From contig CALFYV010000090.1 of assembly GCA_937952395.1 (NCBI GenBank), positions 97,408 through 161,407 of the forward strand: a stretch of DNA of 64,000 nucleotides. The letters run 5' to 3'. Shown one piece after another: positions 28,171 to 37,024 of this stretch (positions are counted from its first letter, which is position 1; each line of letters starts with the position of its first letter). The notes beneath the pieces are model-generated. The model searched no databases and was not told where the DNA came from. It was given only the letters and a program-made list of their open reading frames with translations. This DNA is from an uncultured Bacteriovoracaceae bacterium (GTDB lineage Bacteria > Bdellovibrionota > Bacteriovoracia > Bacteriovoracales > Bacteriovoracaceae). The position numbers and the translations under genes are program-made.

Positions 28171-28467
28171 ATGTCTAATCATTGGTTGAAGCAAAAAGAA
28201 GTTTCTCTTAGTCAAATTGCTAATGTTTTTAGTGATTATAAAAACAAAACCACAGCAGGTTCTGTAGAACAGTATCGTGCTATTCTTGAAACGAAATTAC
28301 AATTGTATCTCCAATCTTTGGTGGCTTCTAATCAAATTAAACGTTTTCATTTCTGCACTACTGCCTGCAAAGGAGGCATAATTTTTGATATAGTAATAAA
28401 CAATAATTATAAAGATATTTTATCATCATATGTTTGGGATCATGATTTTGATAAAGAGGAGTATTAA
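28171..28467 (+). CDS. Hypothetical protein, MSNHWL variant of the family
   Basis: N-terminus is MSNHWLKQKE. Confidence 0.55.
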   Translation: MSNHWLKQKEVSLSQIANVFSDYKNKTTAGSVEQYRAILETKLQLYLQSLVASNQIKRFHFCTTACKGGIIFDIVINNNYKDILSSYVWDHDFDKEEY

Positions 28468-29069
28468 TGCCATACATTGCTAAAGAAGATCGTAAGAAAT
28501 ATATTTTTGTCATTGAAAACACAGTGGATTTAATTTGTAGCGAAAAAGACAAACACGCCCAGTTGGAGACATTGGCGTTTTTTGTCGATCATTTGCGTCA
28601 AAAGCTTGATCATGGTTATCCTTCTTTTAAAATTGATTTTTTAGACCCAAATCAAAAAGAACAGCTTTTGGAAAATATCAATCATTTTATTTCGTTGTTT
28701 CCTGAAAACGATCTTTTTAAATTGGCCGGGGAACTTAATTACATATTATCCAGTGTAATTTGGGGTGTTTTAGGTGATTCTTTAAGTGCCGAACCGGCAC
28801 GGTATGGTTATCGAACTTTTATAAAAGGTATTTTGTGGACTATTTACCACGGCATTAATGGTGCCGCCTCTGATAGATTGGTGATAGTTTTAAGAGGTGT
28901 ATTTACAGATGTAATTGATGAAATGTACCGTAGGAAGACTTCTGTTTACGAGAATGAGAAAATCGCTCAGAATGGGGATATTTGGCCATTAAAAGAGATT
29001 GCTTGGAAAGAGGAAGTTCCAATTGATGTAATTAGAGGCGAGGAATTTAAAGAGGAACAGGAATCATAA
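28467..29069 (+). CDS. Hypothetical protein
   Basis: 200-aa ORF coupled upstream (TAATG). Confidence 0.6.
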   Translation: MPYIAKEDRKKYIFVIENTVDLICSEKDKHAQLETLAFFVDHLRQKLDHGYPSFKIDFLDPNQKEQLLENINHFISLFPENDLFKLAGELNYILSSVIWGVLGDSLSAEPARYGYRTFIKGILWTIYHGINGAASDRLVIVLRGVFTDVIDEMYRRKTSVYENEKIAQNGDIWPLKEIAWKEEVPIDVIRGEEFKEEQES

Positions 29070-29261
29070 GTGAAAGAAGTTTATATTGTTTTAGATAACA
29101 GTAAAATTAAAGCTGTGTTTTCTACACAAAATAAAGCTGAAGTTTATGTGTCTAATTTAAGTCTTTTAGAAGATTTAGATTCTTTGGTTGTTGAAAAGTG
29201 GGAAGTAGATTCGGCTAACAAACAGTTGACTAGTTGGATTATGTCGGCTTCAAAAAAATGA
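29070..29261 (+). CDS. Small protein, paralogous to the N-terminus of 30052-30591
   Basis: GTG start. EVYIVLDNSKIKAVFSTQNKAEVYV...EKWEVD aligns with KIYIVTNG..IKAVFTDKEKAYKYL...EEWEAD. Confidence 0.5.
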   Translation: MKEVYIVLDNSKIKAVFSTQNKAEVYVSNLSLLEDLDSLVVEKWEVDSANKQLTSWIMSASKK

Positions 29262-29506
29262 CTTATCATATTAATGAAATACCTCGTGGTGAATTTGGAG
29301 AGCTTTCTAAAATTCAGGAAGAAGTTTTAGAGGCTATTGATAGTGAAAAACAAAATAATCGCATTATGCTGTTGGTGGAATTATCAGACATAATTGGTGC
29401 CGTTAGTGGATATTTAGAAAAACATTATCCTAATTTTAAAATTGATGATTTAATTACAATGGCCGAAGCTACGCATAGAGCTTTTGCCTCTGGAACCAGG
29501 AAATGA
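29258..29506 (+). CDS. MazG-like nucleotide pyrophosphohydrolase (small all-alpha type)
   Basis: EFGELSKIQEEVLEA...LVELSDIIGA resembles the MazG EExxE/ExxD helices. ATGA-coupled at 29258. Confidence 0.5.
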   Translation: MTYHINEIPRGEFGELSKIQEEVLEAIDSEKQNNRIMLLVELSDIIGAVSGYLEKHYPNFKIDDLITMAEATHRAFASGTRK

Positions 29507-30048
29507 ATATTAATTATAGCTTTATTTCAAAGGCTATTTTGTGTTATGAATCTTTAGGCTTTAAATATGTTGAAGTTCCTTGGCTTGTTTCTAATGATGC
29601 CTTAGATGTTACTCGTCCTCCCGAAGCTCGTTCTTTTGAAACTTTTGCTGGAAATTTAGTTGCCTCTGGCGAGCAGTCTTTCATAGAAATTCGTGATCGA
29701 TTAAAAGTTGGAGGTAAGTATCAATGTGTTACGCCTTGTTTTCGAGATGAGAAATATGATAAATACCACAAGCAGCGGTTTCTCAAAAACGAATTAATTT
29801 GGGTAATATCGCCTGACGATTGTGTAGAAACAAAAACAAAGCAATGTTTAGATTGTGCTAGTTTTGTGTTTTTACAATGTATGGATTATAAATTCAAAAT
29901 CGAAGTAGTGGACACGGATATAGGAAAAGATTTATATATCAATGGTATTGAAGTAGGATCATATGGATATCGATGTTATGATGGATTTCACTGGATATAC
30001 GGGACAGGACTTGCAGAACCAAGATTTAGCCAAGCATTAGAAGGATAG
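29503..30048 (+). CDS. Mini class II aminoacyl-tRNA-synthetase-like catalytic core
   Basis: Motif-2-like TPCFRDE and motif-3-like YGTGLAEPRF in only 181 aa. No anticodon-binding domain. Confidence 0.55.
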   Translation: MNINYSFISKAILCYESLGFKYVEVPWLVSNDALDVTRPPEARSFETFAGNLVASGEQSFIEIRDRLKVGGKYQCVTPCFRDEKYDKYHKQRFLKNELIWVISPDDCVETKTKQCLDCASFVFLQCMDYKFKIEVVDTDIGKDLYINGIEVGSYGYRCYDGFHWIYGTGLAEPRFSQALEG

Positions 30049-30051
30049 AAA

Positions 30052-30591
30052 ATGAAAATTTATATTGTTACCAATGGCACATACTCGGATTATAGTATTA
30101 AAGCTGTTTTTACTGATAAAGAAAAAGCATATAAGTACTTAGAAGATGTTAAATTAGTGCATGGAGACGACAATGCTCAGGTCGAGGAATGGGAAGCAGA
30201 TCAAGAGACAGAAAAAATTCCGAGACAATATTGGATTTCCATTATTTACCTACCCACAGGAGAAATTACAGAACAAGATACTAGTGGTCGTTATTGTTTT
30301 GCTAAACCCAATGATAGAGTGGTAGAATCAACGTGGAAAGCTACCTTTAATGGTAATGGAGATTTTAATGATATTAAAGAATGGATGGGCACTATTCGTT
30401 CTGAAGACTACTGGCCCAATACTGTTAAAGTTCAATCATTGGTTTCACAAGAACATGCGAATAAACTAGCGGCAGAAGCACGACAAAATTGGCTTCGTTA
30501 TTTAGATTCTATAGGAATGACAATGAAGCCTACTGGAAAAAGTTGGCCAGAGTACCATTATGTTTCTTCAGAGGGTGAATCTAAAAATTGA
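30052..30591 (+). CDS. Hypothetical protein (N-terminal domain paralogous to 29070-29261)
   Basis: 179-aa ORF with its own ATG 3 nt after the upstream TAG. Confidence 0.6.
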   Translation: MKIYIVTNGTYSDYSIKAVFTDKEKAYKYLEDVKLVHGDDNAQVEEWEADQETEKIPRQYWISIIYLPTGEITEQDTSGRYCFAKPNDRVVESTWKATFNGNGDFNDIKEWMGTIRSEDYWPNTVKVQSLVSQEHANKLAAEARQNWLRYLDSIGMTMKPTGKSWPEYHYVSSEGESKN

Positions 30592-31232
30592 TTTTTGACT
30601 TTTTTCTTTAGTTTTTGAATCACTTGTTCAGTAGCCACAACAAATTCCCATCCCCTAGCTTCGCAAGCCTGTTTCGCTGAAAACCATTTGTTTTGATTTT
30701 TTTCTAACAGAGTTTGATTAGCAGGCTTGACTTCCCAAACTTCTTTGTGGCCGTCGATAAAAGCTATAAATACATCGGGAGTGTATTGATGACATTGGCC
30801 TTCGTGGATATAGGGGATTTGAAACGGCTCAGCCTCATAAGCCAAGACTTCATGCCATGAGTCAAAGCATTCATAGACAGTCTTCTCGTATCCAGAGCGA
30901 TAGTAGAAATTCTTTTCCATTTTTGTGGAATGATGCCAGCCCTCACGAAATTTAGGTTTTCTTTTCTTTATTTTTCCTTTAGGTGTTACATCTCTCCATA
31001 CGGTAGCTTTTAACATACCTTTTTGTGGAAGTTTTTCTGTTGGGTGCTTCACCTTGAAATGTGATCTAACGTCCCTTACAGGGGCTTTACATCGTTCTAG
31101 TGGACACAAAACATAATCTGTGCCTTCTTCGTGAGTTTCAACAATATGAGAGACAAATTCTTCAAATGATTCAAATTGTCTTGCACATACGAAACATTGG
31201 AATTTTCTTATATTCTTAGGTGTGTTAAACAT
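30558..31232 (-). CDS. C2H2 zinc finger fused to a TnsA-like / restriction-fold endonuclease domain
   Basis: FQCFVCARQFESFEEFVSHIVETH is a C2H2 finger. The C-terminal YRSGYE..LAYEAEPFQIPY..YTPDVFIAF..EVWEVKP matches the TnsA_N-type E..D..EVK pattern. Confidence 0.6.
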   Translation of the reverse strand: MFNTPKNIRKFQCFVCARQFESFEEFVSHIVETHEEGTDYVLCPLERCKAPVRDVRSHFKVKHPTEKLPQKGMLKATVWRDVTPKGKIKKRKPKFREGWHHSTKMEKNFYYRSGYEKTVYECFDSWHEVLAYEAEPFQIPYIHEGQCHQYTPDVFIAFIDGHKEVWEVKPANQTLLEKNQNKWFSAKQACEARGWEFVVATEQVIQKLKKKVKNQFLDSPSEET

Positions 31233-31587
31233 TTTTAAATAGAATTTTATCTACTTCCTCTTTATCAACCATTTTTAGATCATCTAAGTCTTTTTTATAA
31301 AATAATTTTTTGGGTGGTTCTTCGTAATCATCAGACAAGGCTCTACTTAAATTTAGTGCTAAAAAAGCGGCTTCGTCAGCCCAGCCTTCATCTGCATCTT
31401 CATCTGGGTTTTTTAATTTTGCAAAAACCAGTCTGCTTTCCTCTGGACAACCAAAATAATCGTCATCTTTTTTGAAAAACAAAACTAGATTTCCGTCTGC
31501 TAAAGCTTTGATTTTTTCCAATTTCAAATGTTCATCCCAGACATCCATTAGATGTCGAAAAGACGAAAATGCTGGTGATTTAGTCAT
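31225..31587 (-). CDS. Acidic hypothetical protein
   Basis: 120-aa ORF coupled to the downstream gene. Confidence 0.5.
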   Translation of the reverse strand: MTKSPAFSSFRHLMDVWDEHLKLEKIKALADGNLVLFFKKDDDYFGCPEESRLVFAKLKNPDEDADEGWADEAAFLALNLSRALSDDYEEPPKKLFYKKDLDDLKMVDKEEVDKILFKNV

Positions 31588-31621
31588 AATTAAATCCTCT
31601 TGCTAATAGTATATACTGTGT

Positions 31622-32056
31622 ATGGAACCATTATATTTTAAGCTTTTTTTAGAACTTGAAGAACGTCAGCCTAATTACCTAGATGCTCTCAAAGATGAAT
31701 TGGGCATAAATCCTGAGGCTTTAGAAAAAAGTCCGGGCTGGGTTGCCAATTTGAGTCTTGGCAAGTTTTCTTATAATGGAATGCTTTACAAAATTGAGAA
31801 TTTGGTTTATAAAAATGGCAACATTAGTGGAGCGATGGTTAAACCGATGAATGTAGGAGGCATCAATACTTTGAAGTCTTATATAAGCAAAGGTGATCAA
31901 CAAATAAAACTGCCGAACAACAAACTGCCTAATAGGCCGTTTTTTGTTCGTTTGGAAGATTTAAATAAAATCTTGACACAAGGTATGTCGCCCGGCATGG
32001 GAGGTGTTGGAGGCGGTGAAATGAATACAATGTTGCCAGGATCGGTGCCACTATGA
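31622..32056 (+). CDS. Hypothetical protein with N-terminal YFKLFLE leader
   Basis: N-terminus is MEPLYFKLFLELEE. Gly/Met-rich C-terminus. Confidence 0.55.
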   Translation: MEPLYFKLFLELEERQPNYLDALKDELGINPEALEKSPGWVANLSLGKFSYNGMLYKIENLVYKNGNISGAMVKPMNVGGINTLKSYISKGDQQIKLPNNKLPNRPFFVRLEDLNKILTQGMSPGMGGVGGGEMNTMLPGSVPL

Positions 32057-32217
32057 TATTAGATTTTAAAAATTGGTTAATGCAAGAAACTGGAACATCT
32101 ACAGCATGTGTGGCTCATTTTGCTCGTCCTGTTATGGGCATTGTCAGAAGAAATGCAGCACAATTAGAACCAATTGGATTTGAAAAGAAGCGAAAAAAGA
32201 AAAAGAAGAAAAAATAG
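32054..32217 (+). CDS. 54-aa basic protein with FKNWL leader (below the ORF-track cutoff)
   Basis: Hand translation gives MILDFKNWLMQETGTSTACVAHFARPVMGIVRRNAAQLEPIGFEKKRKKKKKKK. ATGA-coupled. Confidence 0.45.
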
Positions 32218-32219
32218 TA

Positions 32220-32247
32220 TTGATCTTTTTGGTTTGAATACTATAAT
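32220..32247 (+). promoter_or_regulatory. Sigma70-like promoter candidate
   Basis: TTGATC, 16-nt spacer, TATAAT. Confidence 0.5.
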
Positions 32248-32390
32248 GACTTCAGTATTGAATGTTATATATTATTTTAAATTTTTAAAAACTTGACGCC
32301 TTCGTGTCAGCGGCTGGGGACGCCGAAGTTTGAGTAATTTCAAGATGAGTTCCTCATTAATTAAATAGGATAAATTATATTTTAAGGAAA

Positions 32391-32429
32391 AAATTAGCCC
32401 ATCTCACTTTGAATGAGATGGGCTAATTT
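32391..32429. terminator. Strong hairpin (terminator-like, A/T-flanked, possibly bidirectional)
   Basis: 16-bp perfect stem (AAATTAGCCCATCTCA / TGAGATGGGCTAATTT) with a 7-nt loop. Confidence 0.55.
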
Positions 32430-32436
32430 ATGTACT

Positions 32437-33207
32437 ATGCAAAAAATTGTTTGTAATGATTGTATTAAAGAGATGTCCACTATGTCTGAAAAGTCAGTGG
32501 ATGTAGTAATCACTTCACCACCATACAATTTGTCTATATCCTATAATGAATATAAAGATAATCTTCCACTCGAAGAGTATTTAAATTGGACGAAAGAAGT
32601 TTTTATCAATATAAAAAGAGTTTTAAAAGATGATGGTTCCTTTTTTCTAAATGTTGGTGGAACTTGCAAAGAACCTTGGCGAGCCTATCAAGTAGGCCAT
32701 GTAGCCGCTCAGGAGTTTGTTTTACAAAACGATATTGCTTGGATTAAATCCATTTCTATTGGAAATGATTTAAGTTATGGTCATTTCAAGCCAATAAATA
32801 GCGAACGATTCATTAATCAACAATATGAACATATATTTCATTTTACTAAAACAGGAAATGTAAAAGTGGATAAATTAGCTGTCGGCGTCGCCTATACAGA
32901 CAAAAGTAATATAAACAGATGGAAGGGTAAAAAAATAGATCGAAGATGTAGAGGTAACACTTGGTTTATCCCTTATGAAACCACACAGAAGAAGAAAAAA
33001 CATCCTGCTGGATTTCCTGCCAAGCTCCCAGAGCAGTGCATTCGCCTACACGGCTTGCGATCTGATTTAGTTGTTCTTGATCCATTTTTAGGTGCAGGTA
33101 GCACTTTGGTTGCTTGTCAAAAATTGAATGTTCAAGGAATTGGAATTGAGTTAGATAAAGATTATTGTCAAATGTCTCAAGAAATGCTGGAAAATGATAT
33201 TGTTTAG
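32437..33207 (+). CDS. Beta-class N6-adenine / N4-cytosine DNA methyltransferase
   Basis: Motif IV DVVITSPPY precedes motif I VLDPFLGAGST. Start set to the ATG at 32437, after the hairpin. Confidence 0.85.
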   Translation: MQKIVCNDCIKEMSTMSEKSVDVVITSPPYNLSISYNEYKDNLPLEEYLNWTKEVFINIKRVLKDDGSFFLNVGGTCKEPWRAYQVGHVAAQEFVLQNDIAWIKSISIGNDLSYGHFKPINSERFINQQYEHIFHFTKTGNVKVDKLAVGVAYTDKSNINRWKGKKIDRRCRGNTWFIPYETTQKKKKHPAGFPAKLPEQCIRLHGLRSDLVVLDPFLGAGSTLVACQKLNVQGIGIELDKDYCQMSQEMLENDIV

Positions 33208-33249
33208 TTAAGAGGTGATGCATATACTATCAAACATAAGGAGCTTCTT

Positions 33250-33798
33250 ATGTTAAATGAAAGTGAGCGCAAGCCGTATTTTTATAAACCATATTATAAA
33301 AATGTTACTTTTCAAGTTTGCAGATTGGATGAGGAGTTATTAAAAGAACAATTGCTTGATTGGGCACAAGATGGCCGTGCTCAATCAAAAATGACCGAAA
33401 TATATGCTCAAGATATTTTGTTTAAAATTGGTGGGAATCCTGCTTATTTTATCAAAAATAAAAAAGAAACCAAATATATTGATGGATTTTTGAAAATCTG
33501 TGATAAAAAATATCCAACATCTTTAAGATGTCTGACTAGTAAAATTCTTTATCATAAATCTGCCTTGCAAGGTGCTAAACGAAAATGTACCGCTGACGGT
33601 CTCATGCATTCGTTGAAGAAAGCTGATTTTACCATTGTGTGTGATATTCGCCCATACGGACAGTGGACTTATTGGGTAGTTGAAAATGAAATGTTGATAA
33701 CTCAGGTTAACCGTGGACTTTTAAATCGTAATGGACACACAAGGAAGGCGTTTAAAACATTTTTACAAAATAATGGTTATATTACGGAGGCAGCTTAA
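33250..33798 (+). CDS. Hypothetical protein
   Basis: AAGGAG lies 6 nt upstream. 182 aa. Confidence 0.6.
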   Translation: MLNESERKPYFYKPYYKNVTFQVCRLDEELLKEQLLDWAQDGRAQSKMTEIYAQDILFKIGGNPAYFIKNKKETKYIDGFLKICDKKYPTSLRCLTSKILYHKSALQGAKRKCTADGLMHSLKKADFTIVCDIRPYGQWTYWVVENEMLITQVNRGLLNRNGHTRKAFKTFLQNNGYITEAA

Positions 33799-34724
33799 TG
33801 TATGTTTTAGAAGCTTATGACAATTGCCTAAAACAAATTCTTAAGCATGGTGTTTTAAAGAAAAATAGAACAGGTGTTGATACTATTGCCATATTTGGCA
33901 TGCAATCAAGATATCGAATAGATACACATTTTCCAGTGCTTACAGGTCGTAAAGTTTGGCCAAAAGCAATTTTTGCTGAACTTCTTTGGTTCCTTTCTGG
34001 ATCGACGTGTAACAAAGACTTACAAGAATTAGGCTCTAATATTTGGACTCCATGGGTCGATGCTGAGTTTGAAAAAAAGCATGGATATGCCGAGGGGTGC
34101 TTTGGCCCAGTATATGGGTTTCAATTAAGACACTTTGGTGGATTTTATGGAAACGGCTTAGGTGGTCAACCTAACACTCAAGATAAATTAACTACTATTT
34201 CTAAGTGGCCACACTTTGGCAGAATTGTTCGTGAAAACAGGTATGGCAAAGATGGCTTTGATCAATTGGCATATATGGTTGAGCGACTTAAGAATAAGCC
34301 GAATTGTCGTCGCAATTTATTTTCTTTGTGGAATCCCAAAGAATTAAGTGCAATGCGGTTGCCACCTTGTCACTATACATTTCAAGTTTTTACACATGAA
34401 AATAAATTGAGTGGCATGTTAACGCAAAGATCGTGCGATTTCCCCGTAGGCATTCCTGCAAATATTCAGTTTTATTCCGCTTTAATTTATATGTTAGCTC
34501 AACAGTGTGGATATGAACCATATGAATTTGTTCACACAACAGCAGATTCTCATATTTATGTGGATCAAACAGAAGCGGTTGAAGAATATTTGTCTCGTGA
34601 AAAACCAGCGTCGCCCAAATTAGAATTAAATAAAGCAAAAGATATTTATTCTTATCAGCTTAGTGATTTTAAATTAGTTAATTATAATCCTCTTTCCAAA
34701 ATAGAAATTCCGGTGGCTGTATGA
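33798..34724 (+). CDS. thyA: Thymidylate synthase (ThyA type) with an internal insertion
   Basis: NRTGVDT, ELLWFLSG, LPPCH (catalytic Cys), QRSCDFPVGIPANI (Asn, so dUMP-specific), DSHIY. Carries roughly 40 extra residues (GGFYGNGLGGQPN...RENRYGKDG) relative to E. coli ThyA. Confidence 0.9.
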   Translation: MYVLEAYDNCLKQILKHGVLKKNRTGVDTIAIFGMQSRYRIDTHFPVLTGRKVWPKAIFAELLWFLSGSTCNKDLQELGSNIWTPWVDAEFEKKHGYAEGCFGPVYGFQLRHFGGFYGNGLGGQPNTQDKLTTISKWPHFGRIVRENRYGKDGFDQLAYMVERLKNKPNCRRNLFSLWNPKELSAMRLPPCHYTFQVFTHENKLSGMLTQRSCDFPVGIPANIQFYSALIYMLAQQCGYEPYEFVHTTADSHIYVDQTEAVEEYLSREKPASPKLELNKAKDIYSYQLSDFKLVNYNPLSKIEIPVAV

Positions 34725-35065
34725 TTTCTTTACTTTTATGTTTGATGTTAATGGCTCCTGATGCACCTGCTAAGCCAAAATATAAGGCTGGCGACATTCT
34801 TGTTTTAGTTAAAGATGGGGATGTAGAGAATTATTTTGCCATGGTGATAGGAGAACCAAATGGTGAGTATAAAAAAGATTTGGGTTTTCAGTATGAATAT
34901 TTGAGAGCAGGTAGATTGGACGTTGGTTTAATATGGGAGACAACGATAGAACAGTTTATGAAAGATAATGATTCTATTTATTTCCCTTATAGGGGGAATA
35001 AATCTTGGAAAGTTCTTAAGAAAGAACAATTAGACCATACGAGAAAGTTAATGGGTATCAAATGA
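34721..35065 (+). CDS. Hypothetical protein
   Basis: 114-aa ORF coupled between thyA and the DHFR gene. Confidence 0.55.
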   Translation: MISLLLCLMLMAPDAPAKPKYKAGDILVLVKDGDVENYFAMVIGEPNGEYKKDLGFQYEYLRAGRLDVGLIWETTIEQFMKDNDSIYFPYRGNKSWKVLKKEQLDHTRKLMGIK

Positions 35066-35553
35066 ACACGCTGATTGTTGCATGGGACGATAACCGTCTT
35101 ATTGGAAGCGAAAACAAAATTCCTTGGAAAGTTAAGGAGGATTTGAAACAATTTAGGATTAGAACTGCCGATCACGCAATGGTTATGGGCAGAAAGACCT
35201 GGGAATCCCTTGGCAGTAAACCTTTAATTAGAAGAGAGCATGTTGTAGTTTCTAAAACACTTGATTGGCGAGCCATGCCAGATCATTCGGTTGCCCATGC
35301 GAATCTTGTAGAGGCAATAGAAATTGCTCGACTAGCCGTAGAAGACCAGAAGGAAGTGTTTATTATAGGTGGTGCTCAAATTTACAAGGAAGCCATGGAA
35401 AAAGATTTAGTAGACAAAATGATTGTCTCACATATACATGGCAGCCATGAAGGTGATGTTTATTTTCCTGAATTTGATGAGAGTAGGTGGGAAGTTAGTT
35501 TGTTGTCCAAACATGAGGAATTTGATTTATACGAATATAAGAGGAAATTATGA
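35062..35553 (+). CDS. folA: Dihydrofolate reductase
   Basis: IGSENKIPWKVKEDLKQFR, VMGRKTWESLG, IIGGAQIY. Confidence 0.85.
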   Translation: MNTLIVAWDDNRLIGSENKIPWKVKEDLKQFRIRTADHAMVMGRKTWESLGSKPLIRREHVVVSKTLDWRAMPDHSVAHANLVEAIEIARLAVEDQKEVFIIGGAQIYKEAMEKDLVDKMIVSHIHGSHEGDVYFPEFDESRWEVSLLSKHEEFDLYEYKRKL

Positions 35554-35849
35554 ACAAATGGTTGAAAACAGAGTTGTTGCCAACGGTTCAATTTGCTGAC
35601 GACGGCGAGTTGCTTAACAATTTAGATGAGTTGTTCAAGGACATCCCATATAGTTCGAATAACACTAGGTATAAATTAGTGTTTCTGCCTAAAGAGCATG
35701 CCTTTTTTGATATAGAAGATATTTCACATGAAGCTCGTGTTTATTGGGGATTAGTTAAGTTAGTTCAGCTTGGTTGCGAAACGTATTTATGCAATACTCG
35801 CCAATCTAATTTTGAAAAATTAAAAGGCCGTGCGATGTTAGTTAAGTAA
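35550..35849 (+). CDS. Hypothetical protein
   Basis: 99-aa coupled ORF. Confidence 0.5.
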   Translation: MNKWLKTELLPTVQFADDGELLNNLDELFKDIPYSSNNTRYKLVFLPKEHAFFDIEDISHEARVYWGLVKLVQLGCETYLCNTRQSNFEKLKGRAMLVK

Positions 35850-35884
35850 GGGAAAGAACGATATATTTTTTATTGAGGTAATAT

Positions 35885-36406
35885 ATGAAATATTTAGCAT
35901 ACTTAGCAGGGCCAATCACAGGATGTTCTTTTGATGAGTGTGTTGATTGGCGAGAGTATATGATTAAAAAACTTCCGTCCGAAATTGTAGGTTTAAGCCC
36001 TATGCGAGGAAAAACCTATCTGGAAGATGTAGAAAAAATAGCTGATTCTTACGACCACAGTGCAGGTCAAGGATTTGGTGTTATAAAACAAACTAGTGTA
36101 TCTCATCTCAGTCATGTAATGTCTTGTATGAGAGGTATTACTACAAGAGATTTTAACGATTGCCGTCGTTCTGATGTTATTGTTGTTAATCTTTTGGGAG
36201 CAGAAAAAGTTTCCATAGGCACAGTCATGGAAATTGCTTGGGCAAAAGCTTTCAATATTCCTTTGGTTTTGATTATGGAAGAAAAGGGCAACGTCCATGA
36301 GCATGCTATGGTCAATGAATGCACTGGGTTCAGAGTAAAAACTTGTGATGAGGCAATTGACGTTGCAACAATGTTGTTGTTGCCTTATCCTCATAAAGAA
36401 ATATAA
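35885..36406 (+). CDS. Nucleoside 2-deoxyribosyltransferase family protein
   Basis: N-terminal YLAGPI, and GTVMEIAWAK (catalytic Glu context). Confidence 0.7.
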   Translation: MKYLAYLAGPITGCSFDECVDWREYMIKKLPSEIVGLSPMRGKTYLEDVEKIADSYDHSAGQGFGVIKQTSVSHLSHVMSCMRGITTRDFNDCRRSDVIVVNLLGAEKVSIGTVMEIAWAKAFNIPLVLIMEEKGNVHEHAMVNECTGFRVKTCDEAIDVATMLLLPYPHKEI

Positions 36407-36415
36407 AGGTATAAT

Positions 36416-37024
36416 ATGAAGTATTTATCGATAGATTTAGAGACAGCAGGTCTCGACCCAAAAAGTTGCCAAATATTAGAATTTGGTGCCGTGTTAGATG
36501 ATACAAATTGGTGGACTGGGGAAAAGAGAGTGGCGGTTGATTCTTTGCCTTATTTCCATGCTTATATTGTTTCTGAAGATGGCATGTATCATGGTCAACC
36601 ATATGCATTATGGTTAAATGCAGAGATTTTTAAAAAAATATCAAATGCTTCAAAAGAAGCAGTAAAAGGTAATTTATTTTTATATCCCAAAAGACTAGGA
36701 TTAGCTTTTAAAAATTGGTTGCGTGATGATCACGGTATAACTGGCAAAATAAATGTAGCTGGAAAGAATTTTGCAAGTTTTGATCAAAAATTCTTGGAAG
36801 AGCTTCCTGATTGGAGTGTAGAGTTTGCTAGCAGAGTCCTAGACCCAGCGGCATACTATTTTGATCCATCTAAAGATGAACGGCTTCCAGATACTAAAAC
36901 ATGTTTAGAACGTGCTGGGATAAATCATCCTGTAGCCCACACAGCAATAGAAGACGCAAAAGATGTAATTCGCTTAATTAGAGTAGCATTGAAATATGGC
37001 AAGCGTGAAAGATTTGAAGTTTAA
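36416..37024 (+). CDS. DEDDh 3'-5' exonuclease
   Basis: Exo I LSIDLETAGLD, Exo II NFASFDQKFL, Exo III HTAIEDAKD. Confidence 0.75.
   Translation: MKYLSIDLETAGLDPKSCQILEFGAVLDDTNWWTGEKRVAVDSLPYFHAYIVSEDGMYHGQPYALWLNAEIFKKISNASKEAVKGNLFLYPKRLGLAFKNWLRDDHGITGKINVAGKNFASFDQKFLEELPDWSVEFASRVLDPAAYYFDPSKDERLPDTKTCLERAGINHPVAHTAIEDAKDVIRLIRVALKYGKRERFEV

Noticed and set aside
32413-32436. The track start (32413) for the DNA methyltransferase.
   Set aside because: Those codons are the right arm of the 16-bp hairpin. The ATG at 32437 gives a normal methyltransferase N-terminus shortly before motif IV.
29503-33798. Readthrough fusions where a TAG-terminated ORF is followed in-frame by the next ORF (29503/30052, 32437/33250, 63319/63538).
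   Set aside because: Each downstream ORF has its own ATG, and in two cases a good Shine-Dalgarno sequence. Three in-frame cases out of about ten is the chance expectation, and 30052 begins with an independently recurring domain.
35993-36608. Minus-strand ORFs overlapping the deoxyribosyltransferase and exonuclease genes (35993-36394, 36112-36324, 36330-36608).
   Set aside because: They lie antisense to well-supported + strand genes with clear catalytic motifs. They have no RBS and their sequence is low-complexity.
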